From assembly GCA_951406725.2 (NCBI GenBank), contig OX597818.1, positions 46,500,001 to 46,564,000 on the forward strand: a stretch of DNA of 64,000 bases, read 5' to 3'. The notes beneath the pieces are model-generated. The model did no database searches and had not been told where the DNA came from. It saw nothing but the letters and a program-made list of their open reading frames with translations. How positions within the stretch are numbered: the stretch's first letter is position 1; each line of letters starts with the position of its first letter. Shown piece after piece: positions 13,590 to 27,765 of this stretch. The position numbers were made by a program, and so were the translations under genes. The DNA is from Octopus vulgaris. Lineage: Eukaryota.

Positions 13590-14195
13590 CAGCTTGCAGA
13601 TGCATGCAGAGAGTTGGCCCACTCACTTGTGTCACGTTCATCGCTCTAACCCACCTTTCAACAAATTTACCGGAAGACATCTTTCTCTATACCTTCATAT
13701 TCCTCTACATATGAAACTTTACGAACTCAACGAGGGCTTTTCAATATTGTCAACACAGTACTATCTCTTTAACCATGGCCTCTAGACAGGAAGACTGGAT
13801 GCCCCTCCAAGCGAAAGGAAGGCAGCGAAGCGAGCCATCCTAATAATGTGTTCAGCTTATAGAAAAATCCGTCTTAAGCACGATAACTCCTCCACAGTTA
13901 AGAAATGATCGGACACTGAATGAATTGCATACAAAATGGTTTCGTCGTCCTGCGCATATCTCGTGTAAGCCCGGCTGGCGACACTATCGTACTTGTAGAG
14001 GTTGTCCCGAACTAGCAACGAGCCTCGGTAGCACTATGAGGACAATGTTTCTTACAAGTCATCCATAGTTTCCGGGTAATGAATCCTCCAGAATAGACTA
14101 TACACTTGATCATCAAGATCCTTGTCTCAAATCCTCATGGGGACGTCGTCACTCCGCTCCAGAATGAGATTCTTAATGAATGGCAAGGGTCTACC
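13590..14195 (-). pseudogene. decayed L1/Tx1-type LINE ORF2 C-terminus
   Basis: Minus frame gives ...CYRGSLLVRDNLYKY...DDETILYAI (eroded zinc-finger region) and ...KFVERWVRAM; in-frame stops; similar to 41262-41460. Confidence 0.7.
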
Positions 14196-14703
14196 TGGAA
14201 AACAATAATTTTTACAATAACAAACAATCCCAGGTAATTAAGTAAACATATATCAAAGACATGAATTTAAGCAAACAATACCAAACATAAATATGAATAC
14301 GCGCAGACACACACACACACACACACATATATGGTTGCTTGAATAATAGACTTCCTTCGCACCCTTATCAGGCTCGCAATATCTGATTTATCATTCTCTG
14401 TACAAGAAACTAGTTACTAGACATTTGCCTGAAGTTAGGGGCTCCGGAATGCGAATATGTCTCACAAGTAAAAGGGTTTTTATTCGAAAATCGATTACCC
14501 AACGTTTATTAAAACGTTATTTAACAAGAAAAAAATCTTTTACTACGATAAAATAGATTTTTTTTTTCGTCTGTCAACCGAGTTCCTATCTTCAACAGAT
14601 AAGCATTTCCAAACTAACCGCTCTTTACTTTTACTGGTTGCAAAAAAATTGTTTACTGGAAACAGTCATGAACGAAACATTTGCACTTACAATGTGAAAA
14701 GTA

Positions 14704-15378
14704 AGGCGGCGAGCTGGCAGAAACGTTAGTACGCCGGGCGATATGCGTAGCCGTATTTCGCCTGCCGTTACGTTCTGAGTTCGAATTCCACCGAGGTCGA
14801 CTTTGCCTTTTATCCTTTCGAGGTCGATTAAATAAGTACCAGTTACGCACTGGGGTCGATGTAATCGACTTAATCCGTTTGTCTGTCCTTGTTTGTCCCC
14901 TCTGTGTTTAGCCCCTTATGGGTAGTAAAGGAATATAAGTAAGGCGGCGAGCTGGCTGAGTCGTTAGCACACAGAGTAAAATGCTTAGCGGCGTTTCGTC
15001 CGTTCTTACGTTCTGAGTTCATATTACACCGAGGTCGACTTTGCCTTTCATCCTTTCGGAGTGACAAAATAAGTACCACTGGGGTCGATATACCCGAGTT
15101 AGCCCCTTCCTTAAACAGCTGTCCTTGTGCCAAAATCTGAAACCAATATGAAAAGTCTTATATAAGGCGGCGAGCTGGCAAAATCGTTACCGCGTCGGGA
15201 AAATGCTTAGCGGCATTTCTTTCGACTTTACGTTCTGAGTTCAAATGCCGCCGCGGTCGACTTTTCCTTTCTTCTTTTCGGGGCCGATAACATAAATACC
15301 AGTTGAACACTGGGTTCGATGTAATCGACTTATCCCTTCCCTAGAAATTGCTGGCCGTTTGCCAATATTCAAAATTCA
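14704..15378 (+). mobile_element. three head-to-tail family A SINEs
   Basis: Heads GGCGGCGAGCTGGC at about 14705, 14943 and 15166. Confidence 0.9.
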
Positions 15379-15450
15379 GTATGAAAAACCTTACAGGTTG
15401 CAACCAACTAAATTAACAGAGATTGGCTGCACAAAGAATAGGTCACGCAC

Positions 15451-15647
15451 TCTTACTCTTTTACTCTTTTACTTGTTTCAGTCATTTGACTGCGGCTATG
15501 CTGGAGCACCGCCTGTAGTCGAGCTAATCGACCCCAGGACTTATTCTTTGTAAGCCTAGTACTTATTCTATCGGTCTCTTTTGCCGAACCGCTAAGTTAC
15601 GGGGACGTAAACACAGCAGCATCGGTTGTCAAGTAGTTCTAGGGGGA

Positions 15648-15687
<40 letters not shown>

Positions 15688-15858
15688 TATACATATATAC
15701 GACGAGCTGCTTTCAGTTTCTGTCTACCAAATTCACTCACAAGGTTTTGGTCGGACCGAGGCTATAGTAGAAGACACTTGCCCAAGATGCCACGCAGTGG
15801 GACTGAACCCGGAACCATGTGGTTGGTAAGCAAGCTACTTACCACACAGCTTCTCCTA
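15451..15858 (-). mobile_element. family B SINE
   Basis: Full reverse-complement copy with internal (CA)n. Confidence 0.88.
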
Positions 15859-15942
15859 CACGGACATGTATACGCACCTTCACAATTTAATTACAACCCA
15901 TTGCAAAATTACATTTCATTAATACTGGTCACCTGAGTAGAT

Positions 15943-16099
15943 AATGTGTTAAAATTTACAAAGCAATCGCTATACATATGCAGACGTGTGTGAGAGAGAA
16001 GGAGAGAGAGAGTGTGTGTGGGGTGGGGGTAGTACCTGCAGATGTCCGCGAATGTGTTAAAATTTACAAAGCAATCGCTATACATATGCAGACGTGTGT

Positions 16100-16134
<35 letters not shown>

Positions 16135-16183
16135 TGGTGTGGGGGGAGTACCTGCAGATGTCCGCGAATGTGTTGAAATTTAC
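15943..16183. repeat. local tandem duplication, ~110-bp unit x2.1
   Basis: AATGTGTTAAAATTTACAAAGCAATCGC...TACCTGCAGATGTCCGCG repeated. Confidence 0.9.
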
Positions 16184-16820
16184 GTTTGTGGGGAAATTAG
16201 ATCGCACGAATTCAGTAACATACATTGAAACGTTTCAGGAGTATGAGTCGGTGACAGTTTCTAAAAGTTAAGCAGTCCAGACGCCTGTAACTAGCTGATA
16301 AATAGCTGTAAAGCAAGCCACCATTTAATCTGCACTGCACGGCACTCTGGTAGACAAAAACAAGAAGTAATTTCTGCTTTAATACAGCCAAAAAATAAAA
16401 GAGAATTTATAAGAAAGAAGTAAGTATATTTGTACAGGCAATAATCGCAGGCGTTAATAGATAAAAGCAGGATCACAATATCTATTAACTTTGCCGCAAT
16501 GAAAGACTCGTTTGTTTCCTTTCCGGGCGCCATATTTTTTCGAGATTGGTGCAGAATGTACTCTTTGTTACCCCCTTTGCTCATTTATTATCCAAGCAAT
16601 ATGAATGTTATTTTGAACAAGGAATGAAGGCGGCGTTAACGAAAGTTTCACCAAATTTGTGACGTCTGCTGGGTGATATCCTTTGTCTAACACACGACTC
16701 TAAAGAACGCTCTTGGTTTCACAAAGGTCTTATACACATATACACACAAATATACATGCACGGACATGTATACATATATGCGCACGCACACACACACACG
16801 CATACACACACATACGCGCG

Positions 16821-16859
<39 letters not shown>

Positions 16860-17399
16860 TTATTCTGAAATTTTTATAATATATATTTAGTTGGAAATTG
16901 CAGCAATTTAATATCTTAGGGAAAATACCTCAGCGGGGCGTTTTGCATACAAACAACAGATAAGGACAAGATCACTCTATATACATTCAAATATGTGTGT
17001 GTGCGTGTAGATACACATGCATGCATGCATACATACATACATACATACATACATACATACATACATACATCAGTATATCTATTAACTCCACTGTCATGAA
17101 AGACTTGTTTGTTCCACTTACGATAGGGTCACACACCTGTAATACCGTGGGTGGAACGATTTCGCGCTACTGATTTTTATCTAAGCAGCCAGTAGACAAG
17201 AACACACTTCTTATTCGGGAACAGAGCGGCAAAATTAAGAGGGAGAGAGAGAAGGAGAGAGAAAGAATGAAATCTCTGAGGGTTTTTTTTTTTTCAAACG
17301 GAAAGACAATTTCAGAAAATCACACTGTTTAAGGGTAAATATAACAACGATCACCAGTTCAGCGGTATAGAGATTCAAGTTGCGGTCGTGCTAAACATA

Positions 17400-17716
17400 A
17401 ACTTACACTCCTTCGGTTACGACGACGAGGGCTCCAGTTGATCCAATCAACGGAAAACCTGCTCGTGAAATTAACGTGCAAGTGGCCGAGCGCTCCACAG
17501 CTACGCGTACCCTTAAGGTAGTTCTCAGAGAGATTCAGCGTGACACAGAAAGTGATAAGGCTGGCTCTTTGAATTACTGGTACTGTTCATTTTTGCCAGC
17601 AGACTGACAAGAATAGAGCAACGGTAAATAAATTGTCTTGCTCAAGGACTCAATGTGTCGTCAAGAATCGAACTCCCGCCATTACGATCGTGAACCGAAT
17701 ACCCTAACCACAAAGC
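17400..17716 (-). mobile_element. SINE family D (tRNA head + CORE-like + Nin/Deu-like domain)
   Basis: rc GTGGTTAGGGTATTCGG...GTTCGATTC, GTCCTTGAGCAAGAC, GCCACTTGCACGTTAATTTCACGAGC; partial relative at 24174-24310. Confidence 0.7.
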
Positions 17717-18026
17717 TTTCACTGTGCTAAATATAATGCAGCGACAGGTAGCAAGAGTTAACTCTTTTATTTTTTTATTCTTTATTATTTGATCATTTGA
17801 CAGCGGCCATGCTAGGGCACCACCTTGAAGGGTTTAGTCAAACAAATCGATTCTCAGAACTTATAGTATCTGGTACTTATTCTATGAGTCTTTTTGCCAA
17901 ATAAACCAACAGTAGTCGTCATGCAGTGGGAGTAGGGAAAACACGCACAAAGACATACACACACATACTAATACAAACACAAACGCACGCAAACACAAGT
18001 ACATACATTACTTTGGTCGAGTCAAA

Positions 18027-18258
18027 GGCGGTGAGCTGGCAGAAACGTTAGCACGCCGGGCGAAATGCTTAGCGGTATTTCGTCTGTCCTTACGTTCTGA
18101 GTTCAAATTCCACCGAGGTCGACTTTGCCTTTCATCCTTTCGGGGTCGATAAATTAAGCACCAGTTATGCACTGGGGTCGATGTTATCGACTTAATCCGT
18201 TCGTCTGTCCTTGTTTGTCCCCTCTGTGTGTAGCCCGTTGTAGGTAATAAAGAAATAA
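18027..18258 (+). mobile_element. full-length family A SINE monomer
   Basis: Head through the AAAGAAATA 3' end. Confidence 0.9.
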
Positions 18259-18397
18259 GTATTAGCAGTATCATGATACATTCAAAAGAGATACCCAAGA
18301 ATTCGTTTAAAACGGCCCCAATCACTACTATAATCCACAACGTTCCACTTTTAGGTCACTTGACCATTTAACACCTTACTATCATACCACTCCTGTA

Positions 18398-18572
18398 TTC
18401 TTCTTCTTCTTCTTCTTCTTCTTCTTCTTCTTCTTCTTCTTCTTCTTCTTCTTCTTCTTCTCCTTCTTCTTCTTCATTTTCTTCTTCTTCTTCTTCTCCT
18501 TCTTCTTCTTCATTTTCTTCTTCTTCTTCTTCTTCTTCTTCTTCTTCTTCTTCTTCTTCTTCTTCTTCTTCT
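18398..18572. repeat. (TTC)n microsatellite
   Basis: Visible trinucleotide run. Confidence 0.95.
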
Positions 18573-18829
18573 CTGCCAGGAATTCACAAGATAAAAATGA
18601 GATACAGAGACAGGCAGAAACAAGGAAAATGCCCCTTGTATTTGAATACTATGCAAATATTCTTTTAAAAACTTTTTATTTAATTTTTCCAAAATTTAAT
18701 TGTTTTCCATACTTAGAGTTGAAAAAGTTTCAATGACTGAAACCGGTACCAAAATGTTTTTATGCATTTTCTACCTTGACTTATTTTCCTTATACATATC
18801 AACTCGAGTGTTAAATGTATTTATTTTTT

Positions 18830-19036
18830 ATGGGCCAGTGGCAAGAAAAAAATGCGAAGACGCCTGCTCCAAATAAGCGACGAAGATACGTGTATTCTCA
18901 GCAGACAAAGGTAGAGCTTCGATGCTGTGAGTTGCAATTTTGGTGTCAATGAATCTACCATGCATTCCATCTGTAAAGTGCATAGAGATGATTCACTTAT
19001 CACAATTTTTTAATCAACCTTCGCGGTAAACGAGGC
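18830..19036 (+). pseudogene. pogo/Tigger-like transposase N-terminal remnant
   Basis: KRRRYVYSQQTKVEL and FGVNESTMHSICK resemble a CENP-B/psq helix-turn-helix; frameshifted. Confidence 0.45.
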
Positions 19037-19697
19037 TAGATGTTTACTAGAGAAAATAAAACAAAACGTTAAATAAACAAATTAAAGCAAATTAAAGACG
19101 CATCACACAAATCATCAAGATAGCATTTAAAAAAAATAGACCTTATCAAGCATCTTAATCAAGCATTAAAAATAACCCTATGATAAATTACAGTGAGAAA
19201 TAACTAATGTACGCCAAAGTATGTGCAGTAAATAAACTCTTATGAGAAACGAAATCCCTGAGAAAACAAGAAAAAGTAATCTGGGGGACAGATACAGCGA
19301 TAATAGTGAAAATCTAAAACAAAAACACCAAAATAGCATTATAAGTTTATAGAAACAAAATAAAATGTTCTCGTTTCCTGGGTAGATTAAGGTTGAAATA
19401 TGTTATAAAGTAATCCTAAATTTTAAAAAAATACACAAATATTAAGGCAATTATTTTACTTGAGTAAATTTCAATTCAAAAATGATATTAACATTCACTC
19501 CCTCACCAGGGATTCCACCCTAAAGAAAACCAAAGGAAGGATCCTATGCCTGAAATATTCCGAGATATATTGGTTGACACGTGTCATTCTGGTTTTCTAA
19601 GATTTTATTTTTTCAGTAGTAAATAATTTTAAAGGAAATATTTCTTCTATTTCTTCATATATATAAAAATACATACATACATACATACATACATACA

Positions 19698-19791
<94 letters not shown>

Positions 19792-19940
19792 CATATATAT
19801 ATATATATATATAGAAATCAAATATAGAATATAAAATATAAATTACAAAGTGGGACAAGAACACAAAAAACACACAAAGAGACGACACAAAAAAACAGAC
19901 GGGTCACTCGAAGCCTCTAATCTTCATAAATACATATATA

Positions 19941-20095
19941 TGGCTGTGTGGTAAATAGCTTGCTAACCAACTACATGGTTCCAGGTTCAGTCCCACTGCG
20001 CGGCACCTTGGGCAAGTGTCTTCTACTATAGCCTCGGGCCGACCGAAGCCTTGTGAGTGGATTTGTTAGACGGAAACTGAAAGAAACCCGTCGTA

Positions 20096-20174
<79 letters not shown>

Positions 20175-20393
20175 TTGTATGTCTGTGTTTGTCCCCCTAG
20201 CATTGCTTGATAACCGATGCTGGTGTGTTTACGTCCCCGTCACTTAGCGGTTCGGCAAAAGAGACCGATAGAATAAGTACTGGGCTTACAAAGAATAAGT
20301 CCCGGGGTCGATTTGTTCGACTAAAAGGCGGTGCTCCAGCATGGCCGCAGTCAAATGACTGAAACAAGTAAAAGAATAAAAGAAATAAAAGAA
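19941..20393 (+). mobile_element. full family B SINE with internal (TA)n(TG)n
   Basis: TGGCTGTGTGG A-box-like, GGTTCAGTCCC B-box-like, CORE-like motif and tail. Confidence 0.9.
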
Positions 20394-20416
20394 TATATAT
20401 ATATATATATAAATAC

Positions 20417-20476
<60 letters not shown>

Positions 20477-23400
20477 GTGTGTGAGTGTAAATGAAAGGGA
20501 ATCCACGAATCCATGTGGTTCACTTCCCGCTAACAGAATGAATAGAAAGGAACAATGCTTCAGTAGAAGCGGAGATGTATGAAATTTTCTTTTATTCGAT
20601 CTTAATAAAATGATTAAGTTATACGTTATATACATTATTATATAATCATTGTTTACTTTCATATTTTCCAGGTTGGTTATAAAATCATTTTTTTTTACCT
20701 TATATGTTATTGAAACAAACGTAATCAAAGAATAAACATGATACCCTTACTTTGTTATAAGAGAGACAAACACAAACTCTAAAACACTCATACAGCTCGG
20801 GATTGTGGTAGAAGACTCTTGCCCAAGGTACCACGCAGTGGAACTGAATCTGAAACCACGAGGTTGCAAAGCTAGCTCGCTAACCATACAACAATGCTTG
20901 CATTGCATTGGAATATTTAATCCACTTCTAATCTCTCATCTAAATTTCGCAGTAGAATTGCAATATATCCATTTTTTTCAGTTGCTTTCGTTAACACTGA
21001 GACTCTAGAATTGTCCCCTCTTTGTCTTCTAGTTTTAATTTCTTACCTTCTTTTCGGTATCATTTGTCGGTAATACCTTTTTTTTTATTTCCTCTGATTT
21101 TTCTGTCCAATGACTCTTCTTTATCCACATATGTAAAGAAAAACAAAAGTTCACCGAAAAGTCATCGCATTGTTTTACAACGGTTTATATGTAAGTATAC
21201 TGTATATTGTCAGTTAAAACGATTTTTCTCCCACTTACTTTAATAAGGTTATGGGTACCATAATGAAGACAGTTTTGTTTTGTTTTTTGTTTGTTTGTTT
21301 GTTTTTTGGGTGGGGTTTTTAAGAAGAGAAAGAATAACAGCATGGCGTACCTGAAAATCCATTACTGGGTTTACCCGGCTCTAGCCTTTTAATTACAGAT
21401 CAACCATGGTAAATCATATTTTAATTCAAAAGTATTCTAACACTGGTCACTCTATCAATTTTATCAGACATAGACATAATATAGAAATACGTTATCGAAT
21501 ATGTCCTTCTTTAAGATAACATGTAATTTGAAGGAGATTTAGCCGTTATTCCTACAGAGTGGCGCAAAATTTACTTTCCATTTTAACATTGAGATGACTT
21601 TTCAAAGTATACCATTTTTTTTTACATGTACTTAACAAAAATTTGGGAGATTTTTCACTGTTAGGAATAAAAAAAATACAGAACTGTACAAAAGATAAGA
21701 AGTGTTCAATTTTATTTTGAAAACGGCCATTGCAAAAATACGTTTGCGCCGCTCATGTGATCGCACTGCAGATTAACTGTTGACTTGTTACAAAAGATTA
21801 ATTCAAGAGAAGGAAGCCAAAATACAGAGAAAACATATTTATTTCTTCCTTTGTTTGGTTTTGGTTTTGAGACGTTCAAACTATTCAGTCAAGTGAAAAT
21901 CTTTTAAGATAATAAAACTAAAAATACCTTTTATACTAATAAACAACACATCACAAAAGTGGAGAATATTCAGACAAACACATTTTTTTTAAATATAAAA
22001 TCTATGGAAAGTAAAAAAAATTATTATAAGAAATAAAGTAATCCATGGAACAAAATAAAATTTTAACCATATACTATTGCCGTAATAGACAGGTATTTCA
22101 GGAAAAAGTATGTTATACAAGACATGCAAGGGAGAGCCATCTGGAAGTCGTCTGCATTACATAAAGTTCAACATTTCTGAATTAAGCATCTGGATGTCTT
22201 GCACACACATATGACAATATTTAAGTAAAGTAAGATGCCCATCTCAAACACCGGAATAGCTGGCACAAAAATAAACAATCCTTTCTATAAAAATATAGAG
22301 AAATGAGTGGCTCGCAACTCGGTCAATCATTTCTTCCTAGCTTTTGCGAGACCCTAACAGTAACACAAAAAGTAAATGGCTTTATCAATATCTAGATCCG
22401 AATAACCTTCCTCCTGAAGAACATGGCTGTAGATGAGGCTCTTATGGATTTAAATACAGCTATTAATGAATAAAGTAACATTTATGTGATATGGATATAA
22501 CTTTATACTGAGCTCTAAGCACTTAAAAGATTTTGGTACCTTTATATATATGTAATTCATAATATAAACAACAATAAACCATAAAATATGGTTTTCAAAA
22601 TGAAACAAAACTAACAGTAAGACTGAACATAATTTTTGCATACTTCCACTTCATTTATAATTGAAAAGTTTTCTCCTACGTTTTTTAATTACAAAGTCTT
22701 TGATCGGATCTTCAAAATCAATCTTACTGACACATCTGCTTCTATACTTAGTAGAGATAAAGGCATCCTGAATATTATTTTAGCATGTTTAAAGCGATTC
22801 CTTTTGTGCCGTTAATCGTTTGCCATTTTCGTGTTCTCCCCGCTTCATTTGATGCCTTGAGCATGTGCTTATTTTGCTTAATGATTAATCTAGCACTGGT
22901 TGTAGGAAATAAAATAAATTGACATGAACAAATTTTATACTGTTCTGAAATTTAGATTACAGAGCACAAAATCCGTTAGCGCCTTTATATCTCGAATCAG
23001 ATTGCGAGTTTGTGGAAGTAGATATGGTCTATAATTAGTCTGCAGTTGAACTGGAACTGACCTCCATTAAAAGTGAGAGACCTTATTACAAACGTGGTAG
23101 CACAAAACAAATAGAGCGGGTTTAATACACAACAAAGTAGAGAAATATTTGGCAGAAATAGGGTACTCTAACAATACACCCTTCAAAAATCACAAACACA
23201 GTTTTAAACACACGAAACATAGATAAAAACAAATGTTAAACAAAAAAGGTAAGAAGAAAACAAAAATAAAAAACCCTGAAGAAATGAACAGAATATTGGA
23301 GTTAAATCAACAGAACTCCATATGGTCCCAAAACTCAAATGAAAGGAGAAACTGAAGACCTGGTAATTATGCTCAGGTCCAAAATGCCAATCCTAAATGC

Positions 23401-23559
23401 TTCAAGCGTTGTCAGTTTAATGAGATCTTACTCACACCCTGGCTGACTGTCTCATCAGGCCACCACTTCAGAATATATCGAAATACATAACAGAGTGGCT
23501 CCCTACCTTCGCGGGAAATTCTGTATGTAAATGAAGATTCCAGCGATAGAAATACGTAT

Positions 23560-23935
23560 CTTCTATCTTTTACTTGTTTCAGTCATTAGACCGCAGCCAT
23601 ACAGAGACTCCGCCGCGAAGGATTTTAGTCGAGCAGATCAAACTCCATTGTTTATTTTAATCTCTCATACTTAGTCTATTGATTTTTTTTGACGAACCGC
23701 TAATTTGCAGGAACGTAAATAAAACAACACCGGTTGTCAAGCAGTTGGGAGGAGACACACACATACACACTACACATACAGGACGGTCTTCCACACAGTT
23801 TCCGTCTTCAGATTCATTCACAAGACATTGGTCCGTACGTGGCAATAGTAGAAGACAATTGCCCAAAGTGCTGCGCAGTGTAGGGCTGAATCCGAAACTC
23901 GATGTTACACAGGGAGCTTCTTAACCACTCAACCG
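23560..23935 (-). mobile_element. diverged family B SINE
   Basis: Reverse-complement similarity to family B. Confidence 0.7.
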
Positions 23936-24325
23936 TAAAACTTTTAAATTTCAAAACTCTACATTAAAGTTACAGACTGGTTTGAGATGAGTACATGAAC
24001 TTTAAGTAAAATAAATTAATAACTACGATATTAATTGTGGATTTTAATATAGGCACAGGGCTAGCAATTTTTAAAGGGAGCAGTTAGCCGAAATCATCAA
24101 CCCCCGTACTGGATTGGTTCTGAGTTATTTTCCTTCAACTATACGTTATTGTGGGTGGATAAAATGTGCAGAAGGCATGTGACCTTGTGGTTAGGGTTTT
24201 TGGGCTCGTGATCGTAAGGTCGTCGCTTTGATTCCTGGATCGGGCAGCACAGGTTCTTCATTACTTCATTTCACCTTGCCCCAGTTTGAAAAATGAATAC
24301 CAACCGATTTGCTAATGCAAATCTT

Positions 24326-24425
<100 letters not shown>

Positions 24426-24549
24426 CTCTCTCCAGCTGTCACATCTTCGATGCTCCACTAGCTCAATGGTGAGCGGAAAGACAATGTTTTACGTCTGCTC
24501 ACAACTACATAGAATGCCTAAAACAATTAAGCAAAACGTGGTATTAGCT

Positions 24550-24786
24550 ATTTGTTTTCAACCGGGCTCCGCATAAGATTTTGTGGTTAAAATTTAGGTG
24601 CAATTAACTGGTTATAACTTTTACAATACACAAAATATGTTAACAATTTTTTTTTATACAATACCTAATAATATTTAATTATAAAAATATAATGGGATTT
24701 TTAAGCATCAAAATGGTTATGAGGGTCCATCTGAGAAAAATTGGAATCAAAGATGTCCATAGGCAAAATATAGTTGAGAACTATTG
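24550..24786. mobile_element. hAT (Charlie-like) MITE remnant
   Basis: Degenerate TIRs TATTGTTTTCAACC ... AGTTGAGAACTATTG, resembling CAGTGGTTCTCAACC. Confidence 0.55.
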
Positions 24787-26471
24787 TGCTAGGTTATAGT
24801 CGTTTTCGAAGGGTGCCTATGACTACTGGGTAACATTAAGCTTTCAGGTTTTCAAATTTTGTCGGGTGTGATTTCGGGTATGTGTGCGTGTGTGAGGGGG
24901 ATTGAATTCCTGACCACCGAGACTGATTTTATTTTATTTATTTTTCATACAGAATTTCTTTTTTAGTGAGCGGTTTCAAATTGGAGTACAGTCGAAATTT
25001 GACCCTCAAGCGAGGTTCCCCACTCCCCACGGATCTAATCTGACATAAGCGATATACAGCTGGTAGTTATAACACCGGGCAATCTGGAATGAGAAATAAC
25101 AGAAATGATCTGAAATATACATCTGGTCTGTGTGATCGCAGAATGGAATGAAGGGATTAAAACAATTACTCGATGGTATGTTTCTTCTTAATCTTTTCAT
25201 GTTTGTAAATAAAACAAATATTCTTGTTTGCACTTATTAACTGATCGTTTGCAAGCAAATATGTAACATTTTGCCAACCATTGTTATATTAAAACACGTA
25301 GCGGTATTTGTACATATCTATATACATATTACGGCAAACATTTGTAGTTAAATATGTGAATCTGCGATGACGTTGATAGATTCCTATACACGTGTATCAT
25401 GGTTGTGTCTGCATGTGTGTACGTACAATATATTAGTTTGATATATCAAATTCGTTGGATTTATTTATTTACATCAATCTACCCGTTCGTAGCTACTGCG
25501 ATTTGATATATCCAAATGTTTACTAACTGTTTGTTGCTGGAACCTATTAGGCAATTATCTTTGAACTTTGACGAACATTTCAGAATGCTGCTAATTATTG
25601 AAAATTATATTACTTTCTTTTTGTTCAGAATATTTATTTTCCTTTTATCAGTTCACTTCGAGAATAATCTCTAACACTTTTAGATATACACGAACTTGCA
25701 AGACTTTAATCTCAACAGGAGCTGTTTTACATTGAGTGATATGCTATTACAGTAACAGGAGAAGACACCGATGTACAGCGCGCGAATCAAACAAAGTAAC
25801 CGTGAAGACAGTTTATTTAGTTTGGCACCATTGCTCTCGAGCGTTGGGCAACATCCAAAAGAAAGTTATGCGTCTCATCTGTGAGTCAACCACTGACACT
25901 TTGTTTACGACAATCTTAATCTACATGTGGTATTTTTCTTTTTCTTCTTCTTTTTTGTTTGCAGCCATTCGTATATGATTAATACAGCATTTTTTCATGT
26001 CTCTTGTAACAACTCATTGCATGAATGTCTCTCTATCATGTGTGATTCTAAAACGCTGCTGGTCAAACGGTGCGTCCCGGGCGCTTCTGTCTACTGCGGG
26101 ATGTAGCTAGGTGTGTCAGGAAAATAATACAACTATACTTAGTAAACGTGAAAAATATAAATTGACATTCTAAATATAAAGTCTAAATGCAGACACAGAC
26201 ATGGCTGTGTGGCTAACAAGTTTAGTTCACAAATACTTGGTTTCGGGATCAAACTCATTGCGCGACATTTAGGGCAAGTATCTACTATTAAAGATCAGAG
26301 GCCGAATAATGTATTGCAAGTGAATTTAATAGATAGAAACTGTGCAGAAGCCCACGGCGCGCAGGTGCGTGTGCGATGTATATTTGTGTGTATGCTTGTG
26401 TTTGTTTTATTTCTATTGGTTTGTTTTGTCCCGCTAAGGTAGTTATTCGGTAAAAATGGATTGATAGAATA

Positions 26472-26990
26472 CCGTAAATCCTCGAGTATAATCGGCATTT
26501 CTCCCCCCCCCCCCCAAATTTAAAGGTCAAAATCCCTAGTGCGTATTATACACGAGGTTAAAAATGAAAATTATTTTCTAAGCAATATTCAAGTCTCTAT
26601 TTGCTGTCCGGCAATGTTTATTCAGACGCATTTTGTGATGTCGGGCGCGAAAATACCTTAAGCTAAGCCTGAAGGCAATGAAGTCATAAAAGAATCATCT
26701 ATAACTTGCAGTAAGCAACATTTACTAAACGTTATTACTGTTATTTCATTATTTTCTGCAAACAAAATGCACAAAAATGCTACACGTTTGCATTATATTA
26801 TAAATACAATAATAATAAAGTACGTTACAGTATATATTTTTACAAACCAAGCACGTTATATAGACCTCCTTGACTCAAGTTAGAGGAGGGATGCGTATTA
26901 TACACAAGGTTTAGGTTTTTCAGAGGTACAACCCCCTAAAAATCCCCTGCGTATTATACTCAAGGGCGGACTATACTCGAGGATTTACGG
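26472..26990. mobile_element. pogo/Tc2-type MITE with TA target duplication, nested in a family B SINE
   Basis: TIRs CCGTAAATCCTCGAGTATA / TATACTCGAGGATTTACGG with TA on both sides; subterminal TGCGTATTATAC repeats; splits the host SINE motif GATAGAATA|AGTACCAG. Confidence 0.9.
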
Positions 26991-27404
26991 TAAGTACCAG
27001 ACTTTAAAATATAAATGCTAAGGGTGATGTAATTGACTAAAACCCTTCAATTTGGTGTCCAATGATTGAAGCCGGTAAAAGAGTGAATGATGTGAAATGT
27101 AACTGTAAACGTTTCACCCAAACTAAACTTGGAATGGGAGGCGAGGGTGGGTGGGGTACTTAGCACCCTCTAATTCATTTACAGTCATTTGAGTTCTGTA
27201 TGTAAGCGATTCACTAATATGGATGGCAAAGAATGGTTGTTCTCGAACAAGTCGTCCGAACACAATGTATATAAATCAACTCACCAGAGACATTGGATGC
27301 CTCCCCGAAGACCGCCTTCAGCTAATGCAGTACCAAGATGGACGACTTCCGCAGGTTAAAAATGTCCGAGCAACATCGACCAGATGATCATGATGATGAT
27401 TATG

Positions 27405-27449
<45 letters not shown>

Positions 27450-27454
27450 TCACA

Positions 27455-27762
<308 letters not shown>

Positions 27763-27765
27763 CGA

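Noticed and set aside
22090-22450. piggyBac-like peptide scraps (MAVDEALMDF)
   Set aside because: Too short and out of order; no TIRs identified
24950-25107. Strong-looking minus-strand splice acceptor
   Set aside because: Stops in all three frames; cannot be supported without RNA data
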